Below are positions 62,301-64,000 of a stretch of DNA of 64,000 nt, in pieces. The translations under genes and the position numbers were made by a program. Origin of the DNA: Phoronis australis (Eukaryota; Animalia; Phoronida); assembly GCA_002633005.1 (NCBI GenBank), contig NMRA01000474.1, positions 275,409-339,408 on the forward strand. The letters are read 5' to 3'. The notes beneath the pieces were generated by a model. It was not told the DNA's origin. It saw only the letters and a list, made by a program, of their open reading frames with translations, and ran no database searches. How positions within the stretch are numbered: position 1 is the stretch's first letter; every line of letters begins with the position of its first letter.

Positions 62301-64000
62301 AGTCAGAGAGTGCCAGTCAGACCACTTAAATTTACTTCAAATGTTGTTACATAAATAGTCTCCTTGGCTACGTCATAGACGTCAGTTGCAACTCAGAGGC
62401 CATTATAGCTGAGGACAGCCCAACAAAGAACATGGGTGTTGCTTTTTTTTAATTAGAAATGATATCAACACGAACGTGCTTTTGCCAAAGGAGGACTTGC
62501 CTGCTGTTATCAACGACGTTTGGTGTGTAGTGGAGGTGTTCACGCTTAGATTTACAGCATCTTTGGGAATAGACTCAATGACTGTGGCTCACTTGAACAC
62601 GTGAAAGTGATATATACAGCTAATAAGGGAGATGCGCGGAATATATTGTGAGATAAAGCTTGAATGTATGCTGGACGGGTGAACCTTTTTAGTACTTTAA
62701 AGTGATACCAAACCAGTTTTGGCTAATTAACATACACTAAAGGCGACATTATGTTCTTTGAAAAAATAATGGGCTGTAACCTTCGACAACTCACAAAACT
62801 TTGGATTTGGTGGAAATCTGAAAACCCTTTTCAAAGTCTGCTCATAACGTCTAGCGTAACCTCCGCTTTTTGCGAATTACATGGCGACCTTAGGGAAAAA
62901 AACACCGACCAAGGAAAATGATGTCAAATATGTGACACAGAGAATATGAGATCATACTCAGAAATCTGACGCTAATTTTGCACGAGCTGTTGACATATCG
63001 AGGATGTGTACCCTTTTAAAAATGGAGAATATTCCCTGTCCCGCCATGTGCCAACATTGACTGACCGGATCAGGGAGTCTCTCTGTGGGAGTCTCTCTTT
63101 CAAGTAAATTGGACTTTGATTTAGTCGGTAAACTTTTAACTGATTTTTTTAATAGAACTATGAAAAGAAAAATCATCAGTGAATCGATATTTTGTGGAAA
63201 TGAACTGTCAGAATAAAAGTTATATTATTTATATATATCTGTTTTTTTTATTCTACATTAACATGTACGGCACTTGCTTGACTGCACCTATCTAAATGGG
63301 GAATGCCTGTGTAATGGGTTATTGTGAAATAATGTGTCAGGCTGCCCTGTGTTGTGTACCACCGGGGCCCCAATTTTCTGTCGACGGCACTAAAATAGGG
63401 GGTGAGAATGAGGATGGAGGTGGTGGCAATTGGAATGGGAGGGCAACAAACATTTTTGCAAAGTCGACACTCATCTCTATGTAACACCCAGCTGGCCCGT
63501 AGCAACGCTGCTTAACATATCAAATCTACTGTACCTGGTACTATAATGACATGACCTTATAAATATCCGATTTTGGCTAAATTAGGAACATAATATCTGA
63601 GATCGTAGATTGGATTCATGAGAGACTTTCAGATATCATGCTTTGTTTACTGATCTCTAAAATGGTGTTAGCAGTTATATTCAAAAAGCTCCACTTTCGC
63701 ATGAGGGAATACTAAAAAAGAAGGGTAAAATAAAGTTACATCACGCCACAAAATCAAGGATCTGTTAGAAAAGTTTAACAACGCTTTTGACATATCACTT
63801 TGAAATCCATAATCAAATAAAATTTGATGATTTTATTGTCACGTGACACAAATAATAACAGAAACATGTAGGTAAAAAGTCAAATTTTACAGGTCTTTAA
63901 CTTCACTTAAGGAGTTGTATTCTACAGCTCTGTACATTTTTGTCTAAATATGCAGACCTGTACATACGGTCCCACAAACTTTTAAAGTCAACCGTTCATA

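Overview
AT-rich, intron-rich animal DNA, probably from an invertebrate, with two N-gaps and many transposon relics. Two spliced minus-strand genes can be rebuilt by hand; the ORF track largely misses both. (1) A 12-exon gene of about 620 aa at 39813->12358 fuses an N-terminal ankyrin-repeat array (one repeat per phase-0 exon) to an intact FAM111-like trypsin-fold serine protease (H-D-S triad present). Three ankyrin exons arose by recent ~656-bp exon+intron tandem duplication. They differ only by non-synonymous changes concentrated on the ankyrin binding face, which suggests a diversifying sensor-protease and is the main candidate novel system. (2) The 3' four exons of an FBXL6 orthologue (50466->46585), with a duplicated exon and two minisatellites. 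Mobile DNA includes Gypsy-type pol, DIRS-type RT, an Academ-like TIR element with TSD, LINE RT remnants, several MITEs and a probable SINE. All family assignments come from motif recognition by eye; no database search was run.
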